Assembly: GCA_038227875.1 (NCBI GenBank)
Contig: JBBRPR010000044.1
Coordinates: 1-64,000, forward strand
Length of the DNA stretch: 64,000 nucleotides
DNA from: Planctomycetota bacterium
GTDB taxonomy: Bacteria > Planctomycetota > SZUA-567 > H5-PLA8
Reading direction: 5' to 3'
Positions 18,420-28,736 of the stretch are shown in pieces. The translations under genes were made by a program, and so were the position numbers. The notes under the pieces were generated by a model that was given only the letters and a program-made list of their open reading frames with translations, searched no databases and was not told the DNA's origin. Position 1 is the first letter of the stretch; the number at the start of each line of letters is the position of its first letter.

Positions 18420-21400
18420 TTATTTGCTTTCCGCTTCGATCGTCGCCGCGACGGCTTCGCGGAGCCGCTCGAGATCATCCTCAGACAACTTGCCGAATGT
18501 GAATCCGGAATGGCCATCGGGGTTGTCGGCGTGGCGCGTGAGCGCTTGCAGCACCTGGTCGCGGTCCCAGCCCTTGCATCGGGCGAGGAGATTTAGGTAT
18601 TCAATGTCCTGCTGCGCGCGGCGCATCGCTTTCATGCGCAGACCGGCGATTGGACCGTCGTAGCTCTTGCCCGTTCCGGCGAAATTCTTGCCGGTGTAAT
18701 AGATGCTTAAGTCGCTGAATTTTTTCCACGCGTCGCCTTCGCCAAAATTCGCCCAATACGGCAGCACGCCCACGCAGCCCCAACTGTAGCGATGGTAGAA
18801 ATTCCGAATCTGGTTTCCGGTGGGATCGTTAATGCCGATTCCCAGTCCGTAATTCCACCATTTCTCGTCGGGCAGCATCTTCTGGCGAACCAGCGCCGTC
18901 GACGCCACTTCGCTCAGGAAACTGCAGTCCCACAGATTGCAAAGCCCGTCCCACAGTCCGCGGACCATGTGTGGATTGGAAATATCCGTGCGGTACTGCA
19001 CGCGCACGTTGGTGACGCCGGACGCTTCGACGCCACGCTTCGCCAGCCCCAGGAAATACCGGTTCGCGTCCATGTCGTCGAAATCGACGGGCTCGTCGAG
19101 CAGCCAATAACAGCGCCCATTGGGTTTATTTCCACCGCCGACAATCGGATCGACGAAAAAGCTGCATTTGTAATAATACTTATTGTTGAGGAAGAATTGG
19201 AACGCCGTTTTCGACCAGCCTTTTGATGAGAAATGTTTGATCAATTCACTCACAACACTCCTGAATCCATCGACGTACGGTTTCTCGATGGACTCGTCGA
19301 GCCGCCGGCTTTTCTTCGCCCATGCGCCAAATTCCGGGCGCGTGGGAACGTCGGCCTTGTCCTGATAATACGTATCGAGATTCATCGGCCAGTTCTCATG
19401 CACGGGCAGATAAAACTGCTCGATCGGCGTATTCATGCCCGGCCCGCGGTATCCGGCGGCCTCGGAAAATGCCGAGCCGTCGAAGAGCGGCCCGAAGCGG
19501 GCATCCCATGCCGCCCAGTCGGTGACGTGGCGCTCCGCGCCGTCGCCATCCAGCGGCGGCGCCGCGTTCTCGCTGATCCGTCCGGAATGCGAATACCGCA
19601 GAATATTCAGCGTCATGCGGTGCTGATGAGCCAATTGGTAATACCGCCGCTCAATCAGGGCGTGGCGTTCCGGCTCGCGGCCAAGATCCACGCCCGCGAA
19701 GCTGCCGATTCCGGAATACGTATTGAGCTCCACCGGAAACGAGATCTCGTCAGGCACCGCGAAGGATCGGACGTGAAGCGAAATATTCAGCGTCGCCGGT
19801 TTTTCCAAGGAGCTGCTGCCGATCTGAATCGTGCCTGTGTAGTCGCCCGGCGTAGCGTCTTTCGGCACGTAGAGGTCAATCCAAACCGCTTGATTGGTCT
19901 GCGCCGCACCGACCGGATCGGACGGGATGCTGAACGCATCCGTAAACGGCGCAGTTGCGGTCAGCGGGATGCAGGCATCGGGCAGCCAGCGCTTGGTCTT
20001 CTCGTCGGCAACGAGATACCACTCGCGAAAGAGTTCAATGTTCTTTGACGCGGAGATTGTGGCGCCGCCCGGGCCCTGCAGATCGGAGAGGTTGATCTTC
20101 ACGTCCTTAAGTTCCGCCGCGAGACGCTGAAGGATCAACTGAAACGCGACGACTTCATTGCGCGCAGCGCGCAGTCGCACAATCTTTTCAGCGCCGGACC
20201 AGACGCCATTGGACGAATCGGCTGGAGCGGTGCTCGCTGGATCGACCTTGGCCAGATCGGAGACCGCCCACACGCCGAGCTTTTTCTCGAAGCTCGCGGC
20301 TTCATTCGTCGCTGGCTTGGCGGCGGCGGGAATGTCAACGAACGCCCGCTGTGTCGGACGTGGAATATACACGCCAATATCGCTGTCGGGTCCTTCATTG
20401 CCCGCATTGTCTATGGCATGAATTCTGACGTCGCATTCACTTGGTCCCGACAGCGTCATAAGCCGGATCGTCTGCCGCAGCCCACTCTGTGTTGGAATCG
20501 GCAGCGAATAACGCGGGACTCGTCTATAAACTTTACCTTCTCCACACATGACGGAGACGTCGTACGCCAGCGCCGTACCCTGATCGCCATTGTCCCCCGG
20601 CGCAACAAAGCTGATCGAGACAATTCCCGTGGCCGGTTCGACGCTCGCGATTTTCAGATCGCCGATCAACCCCGGCGGCGTTTTGTCGGTGGCTTCGCCG
20701 GTAACTTCGAGCTTCGGCGCCAGCGCGCCGTTTTTGGCGTGGCGCGAGTAGATCTGCATTTCAAACGACGGATCGTACGTGTACGGCTTGGGATTCTTGT
20801 CGAGCATCGCCGCTTCGGCGACCTGACCTTTATCATCGGTCAGCACAATTCCATACGAAACGCCCGCGGACATCGCGTAGACCAGCGCCGGATCGACCGG
20901 AATTTTCAGCCAGCGGATGCCGTCCTTGTCGGTGTAGCGCGCAAGTTGATTAGGTCCTGCGTGCGAGTAGCGCAGCGCGGGGTGGAGCCATGTGACGCTG
21001 TACAGCCCGCTGTCCGGCCACGCCCACCAATTCGCATCCGTGGGCTTCTGGCCGGCAGCGGGCGAGGCGCGAAAATTCCAGCACGGCGCGCCGGGTTCGA
21101 CTTGCCCGTCGACCGTCGGTTCGCGCCAGTCGCTGGCGACGGAGCAGATCCCGACGCCGTACAGATCGTCCTTGGCCATCGCCACATGCAGGAACGCCTG
21201 CGAAATCGTCCATCCGTGGATGTCTTTCGTGTCGAACTTCAACAGGATCGTCTTGTTTTCAAAACCCGACCAATTCTGATTCTGCCGGATCGCCAGTGTC
21301 TCGCCGGATCCCCACGACAGGTCCATGTCATGGCCTTTGTTCGTCCCCGGCCGGATCGACGAAATCCCCGCATTGGCAGTCACTGGAAGCGTGACGGATT

Positions 21401-21455
21401 CTGCATGCGCCGCGTGAAACACCACAAAAATCGCGAGCAGATAAAAGCGTTGCAT
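18420..21455 (-). CDS. Secreted multidomain glycoside hydrolase-like protein (GH123/DUF4091-like C-terminus)
   Basis: Signal peptide, N-terminal beta domains, L.AARNE..AFQL, VWID.YVP.DA.PG.Y.G, DEP, LRMKAMRR..QD.EYL. Confidence 0.75.
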   Translation of the reverse strand: MQRFYLLAIFVVFHAAHAESVTLPVTANAGISSIRPGTNKGHDMDLSWGSGETLAIRQNQNWSGFENKTILLKFDTKDIHGWTISQAFLHVAMAKDDLYGVGICSVASDWREPTVDGQVEPGAPCWNFRASPAAGQKPTDANWWAWPDSGLYSVTWLHPALRYSHAGPNQLARYTDKDGIRWLKIPVDPALVYAMSAGVSYGIVLTDDKGQVAEAAMLDKNPKPYTYDPSFEMQIYSRHAKNGALAPKLEVTGEATDKTPPGLIGDLKIASVEPATGIVSISFVAPGDNGDQGTALAYDVSVMCGEGKVYRRVPRYSLPIPTQSGLRQTIRLMTLSGPSECDVRIHAIDNAGNEGPDSDIGVYIPRPTQRAFVDIPAAAKPATNEAASFEKKLGVWAVSDLAKVDPASTAPADSSNGVWSGAEKIVRLRAARNEVVAFQLILQRLAAELKDVKINLSDLQGPGGATISASKNIELFREWYLVADEKTKRWLPDACIPLTATAPFTDAFSIPSDPVGAAQTNQAVWIDLYVPKDATPGDYTGTIQIGSSSLEKPATLNISLHVRSFAVPDEISFPVELNTYSGIGSFAGVDLGREPERHALIERRYYQLAHQHRMTLNILRYSHSGRISENAAPPLDGDGAERHVTDWAAWDARFGPLFDGSAFSEAAGYRGPGMNTPIEQFYLPVHENWPMNLDTYYQDKADVPTRPEFGAWAKKSRRLDESIEKPYVDGFRSVVSELIKHFSSKGWSKTAFQFFLNNKYYYKCSFFVDPIVGGGNKPNGRCYWLLDEPVDFDDMDANRYFLGLAKRGVEASGVTNVRVQYRTDISNPHMVRGLWDGLCNLWDCSFLSEVASTALVRQKMLPDEKWWNYGLGIGINDPTGNQIRNFYHRYSWGCVGVLPYWANFGEGDAWKKFSDLSIYYTGKNFAGTGKSYDGPIAGLRMKAMRRAQQDIEYLNLLARCKGWDRDQVLQALTRHADNPDGHSGFTFGKLSEDDLERLREAVAATIEAESK

Positions 21456-21556
21456 AGGTACCCCTTTTAAACGGACATGTGGAGGAAATTGATACTTTAC
21501 AGTATGGAAAGAGAATCCCAGCTCCAATCTCGATCGCGATCTTTCGAAAGAGTACC

Positions 21557-22462
21557 TCAGACGCCCATGGTCAACTGGTACGCCCGCGGCGAAAGACCCA
21601 TCTCGCTGTGGAAGCGGCGGCTGAAGTATTGCGCGTCGTTGAAGCCCACGGACATCGCGACCTGCTTAATGTTCATGCGCGTCGAGAGCAGCCGTTCTTT
21701 GGCCACGGCGATTTTGCGCCGCAGAATATACCTGCCGACGGTGAGCCCGGTCTGCGCTTTAAAGATGCGCGACAGGTACTGCGGATTGATTTCAAGATTG
21801 TTGGCCACCTCGTAGAGCGAGAAGTTGATGTTCATTTTCTGCTCGATGAAATCCAGCGCGTGCGCCACCAGCAGACCCGAAGAGGACACATCCTGCGGCG
21901 CGGCGGTAGCGGAGAGCGCGCGCAGAGTCTCCTGCGAAAGGCATTGCAGGAAGATCAAGAACTGCGCCTCCGCCGCAATGGCATAACCGTGCTCGGCGGT
22001 GCGCTGGAAATGATTCACGCGGCGCAGCGTTTCCAGCAGGACAGTGTTGTTGCGCACGGCCAGTTTGTCCGGCAGATGCAGTATCCGCGAAAAACCCGAC
22101 GTCCACGCGTCCATGCGTGAAAGCCGCGACGCCCAGTCGCTCAGACCGGTAATCGTTTTGCTCGCCGCTACGCGTCCAAAATCAAAATGGCAATGCAGTA
22201 ACGAGACCGGCCGCTCCGAGCGATGGATGCCAAATTTCTGCCCCGGATAATTCAGGAAGATCTCGCCCTTTCTGATGACATCGTCCTTGCCTTCGACCAC
22301 GACAGATAACTCGCTGCCGGTGACGTAGAACAATTCGTATTCCGTCGAAACGCGCGGGGCCATGCCCCATGTCGGCTCCGCAATCACGCTCATCAACCGG
22401 CTGACATTCAGCGAAATTCCCGGTGCCGGCAGATCGACTGTCAAAATCCGATTCGTGATCAT
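21557..22462 (-). CDS. AraC family transcriptional regulator
   Basis: YLSRIFKAQTG and IKQVAMSVGFNDAQYFSRRF HTH motifs. Confidence 0.95.
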   Translation of the reverse strand: MITNRILTVDLPAPGISLNVSRLMSVIAEPTWGMAPRVSTEYELFYVTGSELSVVVEGKDDVIRKGEIFLNYPGQKFGIHRSERPVSLLHCHFDFGRVAASKTITGLSDWASRLSRMDAWTSGFSRILHLPDKLAVRNNTVLLETLRRVNHFQRTAEHGYAIAAEAQFLIFLQCLSQETLRALSATAAPQDVSSSGLLVAHALDFIEQKMNINFSLYEVANNLEINPQYLSRIFKAQTGLTVGRYILRRKIAVAKERLLSTRMNIKQVAMSVGFNDAQYFSRRFHSEMGLSPRAYQLTMGV

Positions 22463-22624
22463 TCCGGCTCTGTCCCCCTGTGAAGCGACGTGAAAAAGTC
22501 ATAATCGTCCACATCTTCTCCCGTTTCCAATAGGCGTCAAGAGCTACCCCAGTCGTCTACACTCAAGTGCAATCAATCCGCTTCCGCGGAACGAGGAACA
22601 GGGCTCAACCTAGAGGATTATGCA

Positions 22625-25600
22625 ATGGTACGGAGATTCAGTGCGCTGGCAGTGGGAGTACTGTTGGGAGCGATCGTTCTCGCCGGTCCGGTCGTGCGGG
22701 CGGCGGATGTCACGGTTAACGTGGATACCACCCAACCCCGGCAGACGTGGTTCGGATTCGGCTGCACGCATGAGTCCCAGATCTTTGGCCCCACCGATAC
22801 GCTGACGGCGTCCCAGCGCGCGCGGTTTGTGGACATGCTTTTCAACCAGGTTCAAATCCGCACCGGGCAGATCATCAGCGCGCTGGAATCGCCCCAAAGC
22901 ACCGGCGTGAACTTCTTTGGCGGTCTGGCCAACGACGACAGCGACCCGCAGAACATCAACTGGAGCGGCTTCAACACCTTCAAGTCCGATGAATTCAAAC
23001 GCACCGTGGTCGACTTGGCGCCCGCCAGTGCCACGGGGGATCTGTACCCGGACGTGCAAATCAACACGAAGAATTTCTCCAAATGGATGAATCCCCTTCG
23101 GACATCGAACTACAATCTGTTTCTGGATGAATGTGCCGAACAGGTGCTGGCACAAGTCATCAATTTCAAGAACACCTACGGCCGCGAACCGCAATACGCT
23201 CACCTCTTCAACGAACCCACCTCCGGTAATGGTGAATTGACCGGTGGAACCGATGCCATCATCACGGATATCGTCAAACGCTGCGGAGACCGCCTGCGCG
23301 CCAATAATTTCAATCTGGTTAAATTTGTGGTGGCGTCGCAGGAGACGGAAGAGAAATCGCTGGCCACGGTGCAGGCTGTTCTCGCCGATCCCAATGCGGC
23401 GAAGTACGTCGGCGCCATCGGCTTTCATCCCTATCCCTACGGATCGACCTATTCGTACATTCCCAATATCTTGAATACGTCGGGCAAAGGGAATCCTTCT
23501 GCGTCGCGCATCGCCGTTCGCAATCAACTTCGCGATCTGGGAAAAGCCAACGGAATCCCCGTGTGGATGACAGAAGTGTCGCATGGATATTATGGAAGCA
23601 CCAACCCCGCCAATATGGATAGTTTTGACGGCGCACGCGGCCGGGCCATCCACATTCACGACGAAATGCTCTATGCGGAAGTCGCCTCCTATTTTGGCAT
23701 GGAAAGCGGCTGGAGCGATCAGGCCAGCACGCTTCACGGCGGCGTCACGCCGTTGGGTGAAAACCCCGACGACATTGTGTATATCGATCAGAGCCTCGAC
23801 CGCGTCTACATCACCGGCATGGGGCGAGCCATCGGACACTATGCGCGTTTCATCAAGAAAGGCGCGCAGATCCTGCCTTCGACCAGCACGAACGCGCTGG
23901 TTCAAGTCACGGCGGCACGAGACACGGCCGCCAATACCCTGGCGTTGGTCGTCATCAATAACGATGCGGTCGCTCATACCATTGCCGTCAACCTCACCGG
24001 CATGAGTCTGGGGGGTAACGTCACGGGTGAACAATCCACCGCCGCCGCGTTCTGGCAAACGGTCACGCCTTTTGCAACCAGCGGCGCGGGTTACACAGTG
24101 ACCGTTCCGGCGCTCAGCATCACATCCTTGTCTGCGGCGGGAAATTCTCCGGTGCTGACGTCGATCACAGTCACGCCGACGCCCTTCACGATGAATATTT
24201 CGACGACGAAGCAATTCACCGCCGTGGCCAAAGACCAGTTCGGCAACGCGATGGTACCTCAGCCCACATTCACCTGGACGGCTACCGGCGGCACGGTCAA
24301 TTCGACGGGGCTCTATTCGGCAGGCACCTCGGCAGGAACATTCGCCGTAACGGCGAGCAGCGGTGCAATCAGTGGAAGCGCAGCGGTGACGCTGCAGATT
24401 CCGCTGGTGCTGACGTCGATCACCGTCACGCCGACGCCCTTCACGATGAACACCTCGACGACGAAGCAATTCACCGCCGTGGCCAAAGACCAGTTCGGCA
24501 ACGCGATGGTACCTCAGCCCACATTCACCTGGACGGCCACCGGCGGCACGGTCAATTCGACGGGGCTCTATTCGGCAGGCACCTCGGCGGGAACGTTCGC
24601 CGTAACGGCGAGCAGCGGTGTCATCAGTGGAAGCGCAGTGGTGACGCTGCAGATTCCGCTGGTGTTTACCTCGATCGTGGTTACGCCCACACCCTTCACG
24701 ATGAATATTTCGACATCGAAGCAATTCACCGCCGTGGCCAAGGACCAGTTCGGCAACGCGATGGTGCCTCAGCCCACATTCACATGGACGGCCACCGGCG
24801 GCACGGTCAGCGCGACGGGACTTTATTCAGCAGGTGCGTCGGCTGGAACGTTCGCCGTGAAAGCCACGAGCGGTGCGATCAACGGCAGTGCAGCGATAAC
24901 GTTGCAGAACCCGCCCGTGCTGACCACGATTATCGTCACGCCGTCAACCGCCACGCTCGCGCCAGGCGCGACCAGGCAATTCACAGCCATCGCCAACGAT
25001 CAGTTCGGCGTGGCGTTGGTGCCTCAGCCGGCATTCATTTGGACCACGACCACCGGCGCCATTTCAGTAAGCGGGTTGTTCACGACGCCGGCTTCGGGCG
25101 CTGCCACAGTGACGGCCAGCTCCGGAGGCAAGTCCGGCACAGCCAGCGTCGTGGTTGCCAAGTCGCCGACGATCGATTCCCCGCCGACGATTCCCGGCAC
25201 GGTCACCTCCGGTGAACCCATCACGATCACCACCGGAGCGACCGACCCATCGGGCGGCACGCTGACCTATCAATGGAATTTCGGCGACGGCGGCACGGGT
25301 TCCGGCAGCACCGTGACCTACACATACAACACACCCGGCACGTACACGCTCACGCTGACCGTGACCAGCAGTACCGGGGTCAGCACCACGATGACAGTTC
25401 CGGTCGTCGTGAGCCCCCCGAATTCCAATGGGGGTGGCGGTGGTGGCGGCGGCGCCACTCCGCTGGTGCCGATGACCTTCTCGAAAATGCTTGGCAGTAT
25501 GAGCTTCATCGCGCAGGGGAAGGATTCGACTGCCTTCTCCGGCGTGATTCCCAATCTGCCGGCGGGTTTCAATCCGGCTGGCGTGCCACTAACGCTGAAG

Positions 25601-25912
25601 GTTGGCTTGGCGATCGTGCAGTTTACGCTCGATAAGAGCGGTCGGGCGAAGAACGCGCAAGGCTCGATCCAACTGACGCTAAAACAGAGCAAGCGCGACC
25701 CTAAGACAAAAACATCCGCATTCATCGGCGGAAACGCCGCGGTGAAGGGCAAGCTGCAGCACGGCACGTGGTCGCAAGCCTGGGGCTTCAACCCGCTGGC
25801 CCCCGCCCCATCAACCGTAGCGCTGGAAATCGACGTCAACGGTGTGAACTACGGCGCCACAGTCACCATCGTCTCGAAGATGAACACGAAATCGGCGAAG
25901 TTCAAACACTGA
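22625..25912 (+). CDS. Secreted GH30-like glycoside hydrolase with four Ig-like (Big_2) repeats, a PKD domain and a C-terminal basic domain
   Basis: Signal peptide, QTWFGFG, clan-A acid/base LFNEP and nucleophile VWMTEV, GH30 C-terminal beta-sandwich, Ig repeats, YQWNFGDG PKD motif, poly-Gly linker. Confidence 0.9.
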   Translation: MVRRFSALAVGVLLGAIVLAGPVVRAADVTVNVDTTQPRQTWFGFGCTHESQIFGPTDTLTASQRARFVDMLFNQVQIRTGQIISALESPQSTGVNFFGGLANDDSDPQNINWSGFNTFKSDEFKRTVVDLAPASATGDLYPDVQINTKNFSKWMNPLRTSNYNLFLDECAEQVLAQVINFKNTYGREPQYAHLFNEPTSGNGELTGGTDAIITDIVKRCGDRLRANNFNLVKFVVASQETEEKSLATVQAVLADPNAAKYVGAIGFHPYPYGSTYSYIPNILNTSGKGNPSASRIAVRNQLRDLGKANGIPVWMTEVSHGYYGSTNPANMDSFDGARGRAIHIHDEMLYAEVASYFGMESGWSDQASTLHGGVTPLGENPDDIVYIDQSLDRVYITGMGRAIGHYARFIKKGAQILPSTSTNALVQVTAARDTAANTLALVVINNDAVAHTIAVNLTGMSLGGNVTGEQSTAAAFWQTVTPFATSGAGYTVTVPALSITSLSAAGNSPVLTSITVTPTPFTMNISTTKQFTAVAKDQFGNAMVPQPTFTWTATGGTVNSTGLYSAGTSAGTFAVTASSGAISGSAAVTLQIPLVLTSITVTPTPFTMNTSTTKQFTAVAKDQFGNAMVPQPTFTWTATGGTVNSTGLYSAGTSAGTFAVTASSGVISGSAVVTLQIPLVFTSIVVTPTPFTMNISTSKQFTAVAKDQFGNAMVPQPTFTWTATGGTVSATGLYSAGASAGTFAVKATSGAINGSAAITLQNPPVLTTIIVTPSTATLAPGATRQFTAIANDQFGVALVPQPAFIWTTTTGAISVSGLFTTPASGAATVTASSGGKSGTASVVVAKSPTIDSPPTIPGTVTSGEPITITTGATDPSGGTLTYQWNFGDGGTGSGSTVTYTYNTPGTYTLTLTVTSSTGVSTTMTVPVVVSPPNSNGGGGGGGGATPLVPMTFSKMLGSMSFIAQGKDSTAFSGVIPNLPAGFNPAGVPLTLKVGLAIVQFTLDKSGRAKNAQGSIQLTLKQSKRDPKTKTSAFIGGNAAVKGKLQHGTWSQAWGFNPLAPAPSTVALEIDVNGVNYGATVTIVSKMNTKSAKFKH
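24151..25150 (+). repeat. Intragenic 255-bp tandem repeats (three near-identical, one diverged) encoding 85-aa Ig-like domains
   Basis: Units start near 24151, 24406, 24661 and 24916 (VLTSITVTPTPFTMN..TTKQFTAVAKDQFGNAMVPQP...). Confidence 0.95.
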
Positions 25913-25954
25913 GTACCGCAGGCTTCCAGTCAGCAAAAATTGTAAATCGCAGAC

Positions 25955-25991
25955 ATGTCCGGGCGCGCGCAAGCCGCCCGGACATTTTTTT
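25955..25991 (+). terminator. Rho-independent terminator
   Basis: ATGTCCGGGCG/CGCCCGGACAT stem followed by a T-run, downstream of the GH30 gene. Confidence 0.8.
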
Positions 25992-26108
25992 GGATGAAAT
26001 AGATTCAAAACATTGAAAAAGTTTCCGAGAAGGTTCGCACGTGCGCGGAATTCAAAGAGATTCGATTCGGCTTTCGCCTGATCTTGATGTTAATATGAAA
26101 TCGATCGC

Positions 26109-27335
26109 ATGACGGCGTATATCCCAATTGCCATTGTTAACGAGCGAGAACATATGGACGGTAGCGAGGCCGCAAGCCCCGGTAACCCGGATGTAACACC
26201 AGCGCCGCGGAGCCCCGCTGTCGTCACAGGTGTTGTTCCTCCGCGTCCATCTATGATCGTGTCGCTGGTTTCGGAATTCTCCGGCCCGCTCTCCGCGGCC
26301 GACCTGGCGCTTTTTGCGGAATTGCTGGTGGGTCTGGTGCGCGCGAAACTACCACTGCCGGAAGCACTCCGACTGCTCGCGCGCGACGCGGACAGCCGGC
26401 GCTTGCGCGAGAGCCTCTCCGCCGTCGAAAAGGACGTCGCCTCCGGCACGCCGCTGGGCGAAGCCCTGCGCCGCCGCGAACGCGATTTCCCGCCGCTCTT
26501 CACACGCCTGATCGATCAGGGCATCGCCTCCAACGATCTCCACGCCGCGCTGGTGGAATTGGTTCGCGAATTCCGCTCGCAGGCGCGCTTCCGCGAAGCG
26601 CTCTGGTCACAGCTGTTGTCGCCCATCGCGACGGCGACCGTGCTGGGAACACTTCTTTTCGTGGTCCTCTTTTCGCAATTGCCTGTGCTGTATGGCGGTA
26701 TCTACAAGCAACTGCGCATCGAAATTCCGCTACCCACGCGCTTTGCGTTCTGGGCCAGCGATCTGCTGCACCGTCCCTCGACTGCAATCGCTGCGCTGGG
26801 AGCCTTGGGAATTCTGCTGGCGCTCGCGATCCTGGTCTGCATGCGCGTGAACCTGCGCCGTAATTTTCAAATGTTCGCGCTCAGTCTCCCCTTTATTGGG
26901 CCGTTTCTAAAGGCCATGCTGCTGGGTCGGTTCTGCAGGTTGTTGGGCATCCTGCTACATCGGCGAATTCCACTCGACGCGGCGCTGGAATTGACGCGCG
27001 ATTGCTTTCAGCATCTTCCGATGAACAAGGCGATCGACGTCGCGCTGATACACGTTCGAAACGGAGCGTGCCTTGAAGAGGCGCTCGGTAACTGCCCGCT
27101 CTTTCCGCCGACTCTCCTCCAGTTCGTGGCTGGCGCTCAGCTACATGGCGACTTACCGGAAACTCTCTTCCGGCTCGCCGATCTGTACGAACAGCGTGGT
27201 GAACTGGACGGCGCGCGCGTGCGCTATTTGATTTACGTCGTCGCGCAAATTTCCGTCGGAATTGCTGTAGCTACGGTCGTCATTTCGTTTCTGTTGCCGA
27301 TGTTTCGTGTTCATGACATGCTACGGACGAGGTAG
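26109..27335 (+). CDS. Type II secretion/type IV pilus inner-membrane platform protein (GspF/PilC family)
   Basis: Two T2SSF repeats (LPL.EAL.LL...V.SG.PL.EAL...FPPLF), three TM segments, FLLPMF C-terminus; start may be 26154. Confidence 0.9.
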   Translation: MTAYIPIAIVNEREHMDGSEAASPGNPDVTPAPRSPAVVTGVVPPRPSMIVSLVSEFSGPLSAADLALFAELLVGLVRAKLPLPEALRLLARDADSRRLRESLSAVEKDVASGTPLGEALRRRERDFPPLFTRLIDQGIASNDLHAALVELVREFRSQARFREALWSQLLSPIATATVLGTLLFVVLFSQLPVLYGGIYKQLRIEIPLPTRFAFWASDLLHRPSTAIAALGALGILLALAILVCMRVNLRRNFQMFALSLPFIGPFLKAMLLGRFCRLLGILLHRRIPLDAALELTRDCFQHLPMNKAIDVALIHVRNGACLEEALGNCPLFPPTLLQFVAGAQLHGDLPETLFRLADLYEQRGELDGARVRYLIYVVAQISVGIAVATVVISFLLPMFRVHDMLRTR

Positions 27336-27341
27336 CATGAA

Positions 27342-28736
27342 ATGATTCCATCTTGCTTCTTCGTGAAGACCGCGCTCGCCAGTGCTCCGTCGCTAGGCGA
27401 GCGCCTGCACCTGGATGAGCGGGAGGCGCTCATCGTGGGTGTCCTGTTCATGTCTTTTCTACTCGTATTGGGATACGTCCTATTGCGTACGCTGGATTAC
27501 TTTCGCGACCGCGTAAAGCAATTCCAGCCCCTCTTCGACGCCATCGATGACAACTACATCGGAATTGGGCACTACTGCATTCTGCCGATTGGAATGGGAT
27601 TGCTCGCGGGATTGCTACTGGGGCCCGGCTGGGGAATCGCCCTGTTTTCATTCTCCGCTGTCATCATGCTGGTTGCCGATCGCGTGGAAGTGGAGCGGCA
27701 GCGCAGACGCGTAGCCGATTTATGTGGGGAGATTGCGCAGGCCATCCGCTGCCGGGTGGCCCTGGATCGATTTTTCGACACCATTTCCCGTGAGCACTAC
27801 ACCAGCACGTCTCTCAAAAAAGTCGGAGAGCGTCTCCGCGAAGGCAGTCGTCTCAGCTCGGCACTCGGTGAAACCGACCTTCTGCCCCCCTACGGCATTT
27901 TAGCCATACAAGCCGGGGAATCCGCCGGGGGAACTCCGTTGGCCGACATTCTTCAGAACCTGTCGGAATCCTTGCGCAGAGAAAACCGGTGCGCGGCCAG
28001 TTTATTGACCGCCGGATTAACCCCGCTTGCGGGATGGATAGTGACCTTCGCAATCGGCTGGACCGTCTTTAATTTAACCTGGTCGAGAATGAATGATATT
28101 CGCAGGACCTTGCTCGCCACCTGTCCGCCCGGCTTGTTCATTTCGGACGAATTTGTGCAATACCTACCGTCACTATCGCTCTGCTTGATCGGCGTCATCC
28201 TGATCATCATCAGCTACAAGCGCTCGTTGACGCGCGGAAGCAATCTCAGCGTGTTTGCACGCATCGTGGCCCGTCTTCCAATCTTCGGAAACCGCCTGCG
28301 ACACCGCTGCCTTGCTCGCTCTTGTCATGCGTTGGCTGCCATGACGCGAAGCAACGTTCCAATGGGCGAGGCATTGCGACTGGTCTCCCATTCTGGTTTC
28401 TCCGGCCCCTACGGCCTTTCATTCCGAAAACTCGCCACCGATCTCGAAGGCGGTATGCCGATCTCCACCGCGTTACAAAGCGCATTCCTGCCGGACACGC
28501 TGAAAACTTTGATGCGGAGCGGAGCGGCAGGTGGTGCGCTGGCGGATGCCTTCGCGGTGGCGGCGGAATGGCATGATTCCCGCGCGGCGCGCTTGGATCA
28601 TATTCTCGTCGCGGCAATCCCCTGCCTTGCGATTCCAATTACCGGCCTCCTGGTCGGCGGCGTTTACGGCTGGTTGTTCTGGTTTCTCACGCTAATTCGT
28701 GAAACGGTGATGCGGCACGCGGGGATCTGGCATTGA
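27342..28736 (+). CDS. Second GspF/PilC-family protein with an N-terminal membrane extension
   Basis: L.EG.RLS.AL...AGE..G.LA..L and second repeat LEGG.PIS.AL...G..GG.LA; extra N-terminal TM helices. Confidence 0.8.
   Translation: MIPSCFFVKTALASAPSLGERLHLDEREALIVGVLFMSFLLVLGYVLLRTLDYFRDRVKQFQPLFDAIDDNYIGIGHYCILPIGMGLLAGLLLGPGWGIALFSFSAVIMLVADRVEVERQRRRVADLCGEIAQAIRCRVALDRFFDTISREHYTSTSLKKVGERLREGSRLSSALGETDLLPPYGILAIQAGESAGGTPLADILQNLSESLRRENRCAASLLTAGLTPLAGWIVTFAIGWTVFNLTWSRMNDIRRTLLATCPPGLFISDEFVQYLPSLSLCLIGVILIIISYKRSLTRGSNLSVFARIVARLPIFGNRLRHRCLARSCHALAAMTRSNVPMGEALRLVSHSGFSGPYGLSFRKLATDLEGGMPISTALQSAFLPDTLKTLMRSGAAGGALADAFAVAAEWHDSRAARLDHILVAAIPCLAIPITGLLVGGVYGWLFWFLTLIRETVMRHAGIWH

Noticed and set aside
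22610..24724. 704-aa minus-strand ORF with repeats
   Set aside because: It is an antisense shadow of the GH30 gene; its repeats mirror the Ig repeats.
24151..24915. DGR-like template/variable repeat pair
   Set aside because: The repeats are in-frame tandem domains, differences are not confined to adenines, and no reverse transcriptase is present.
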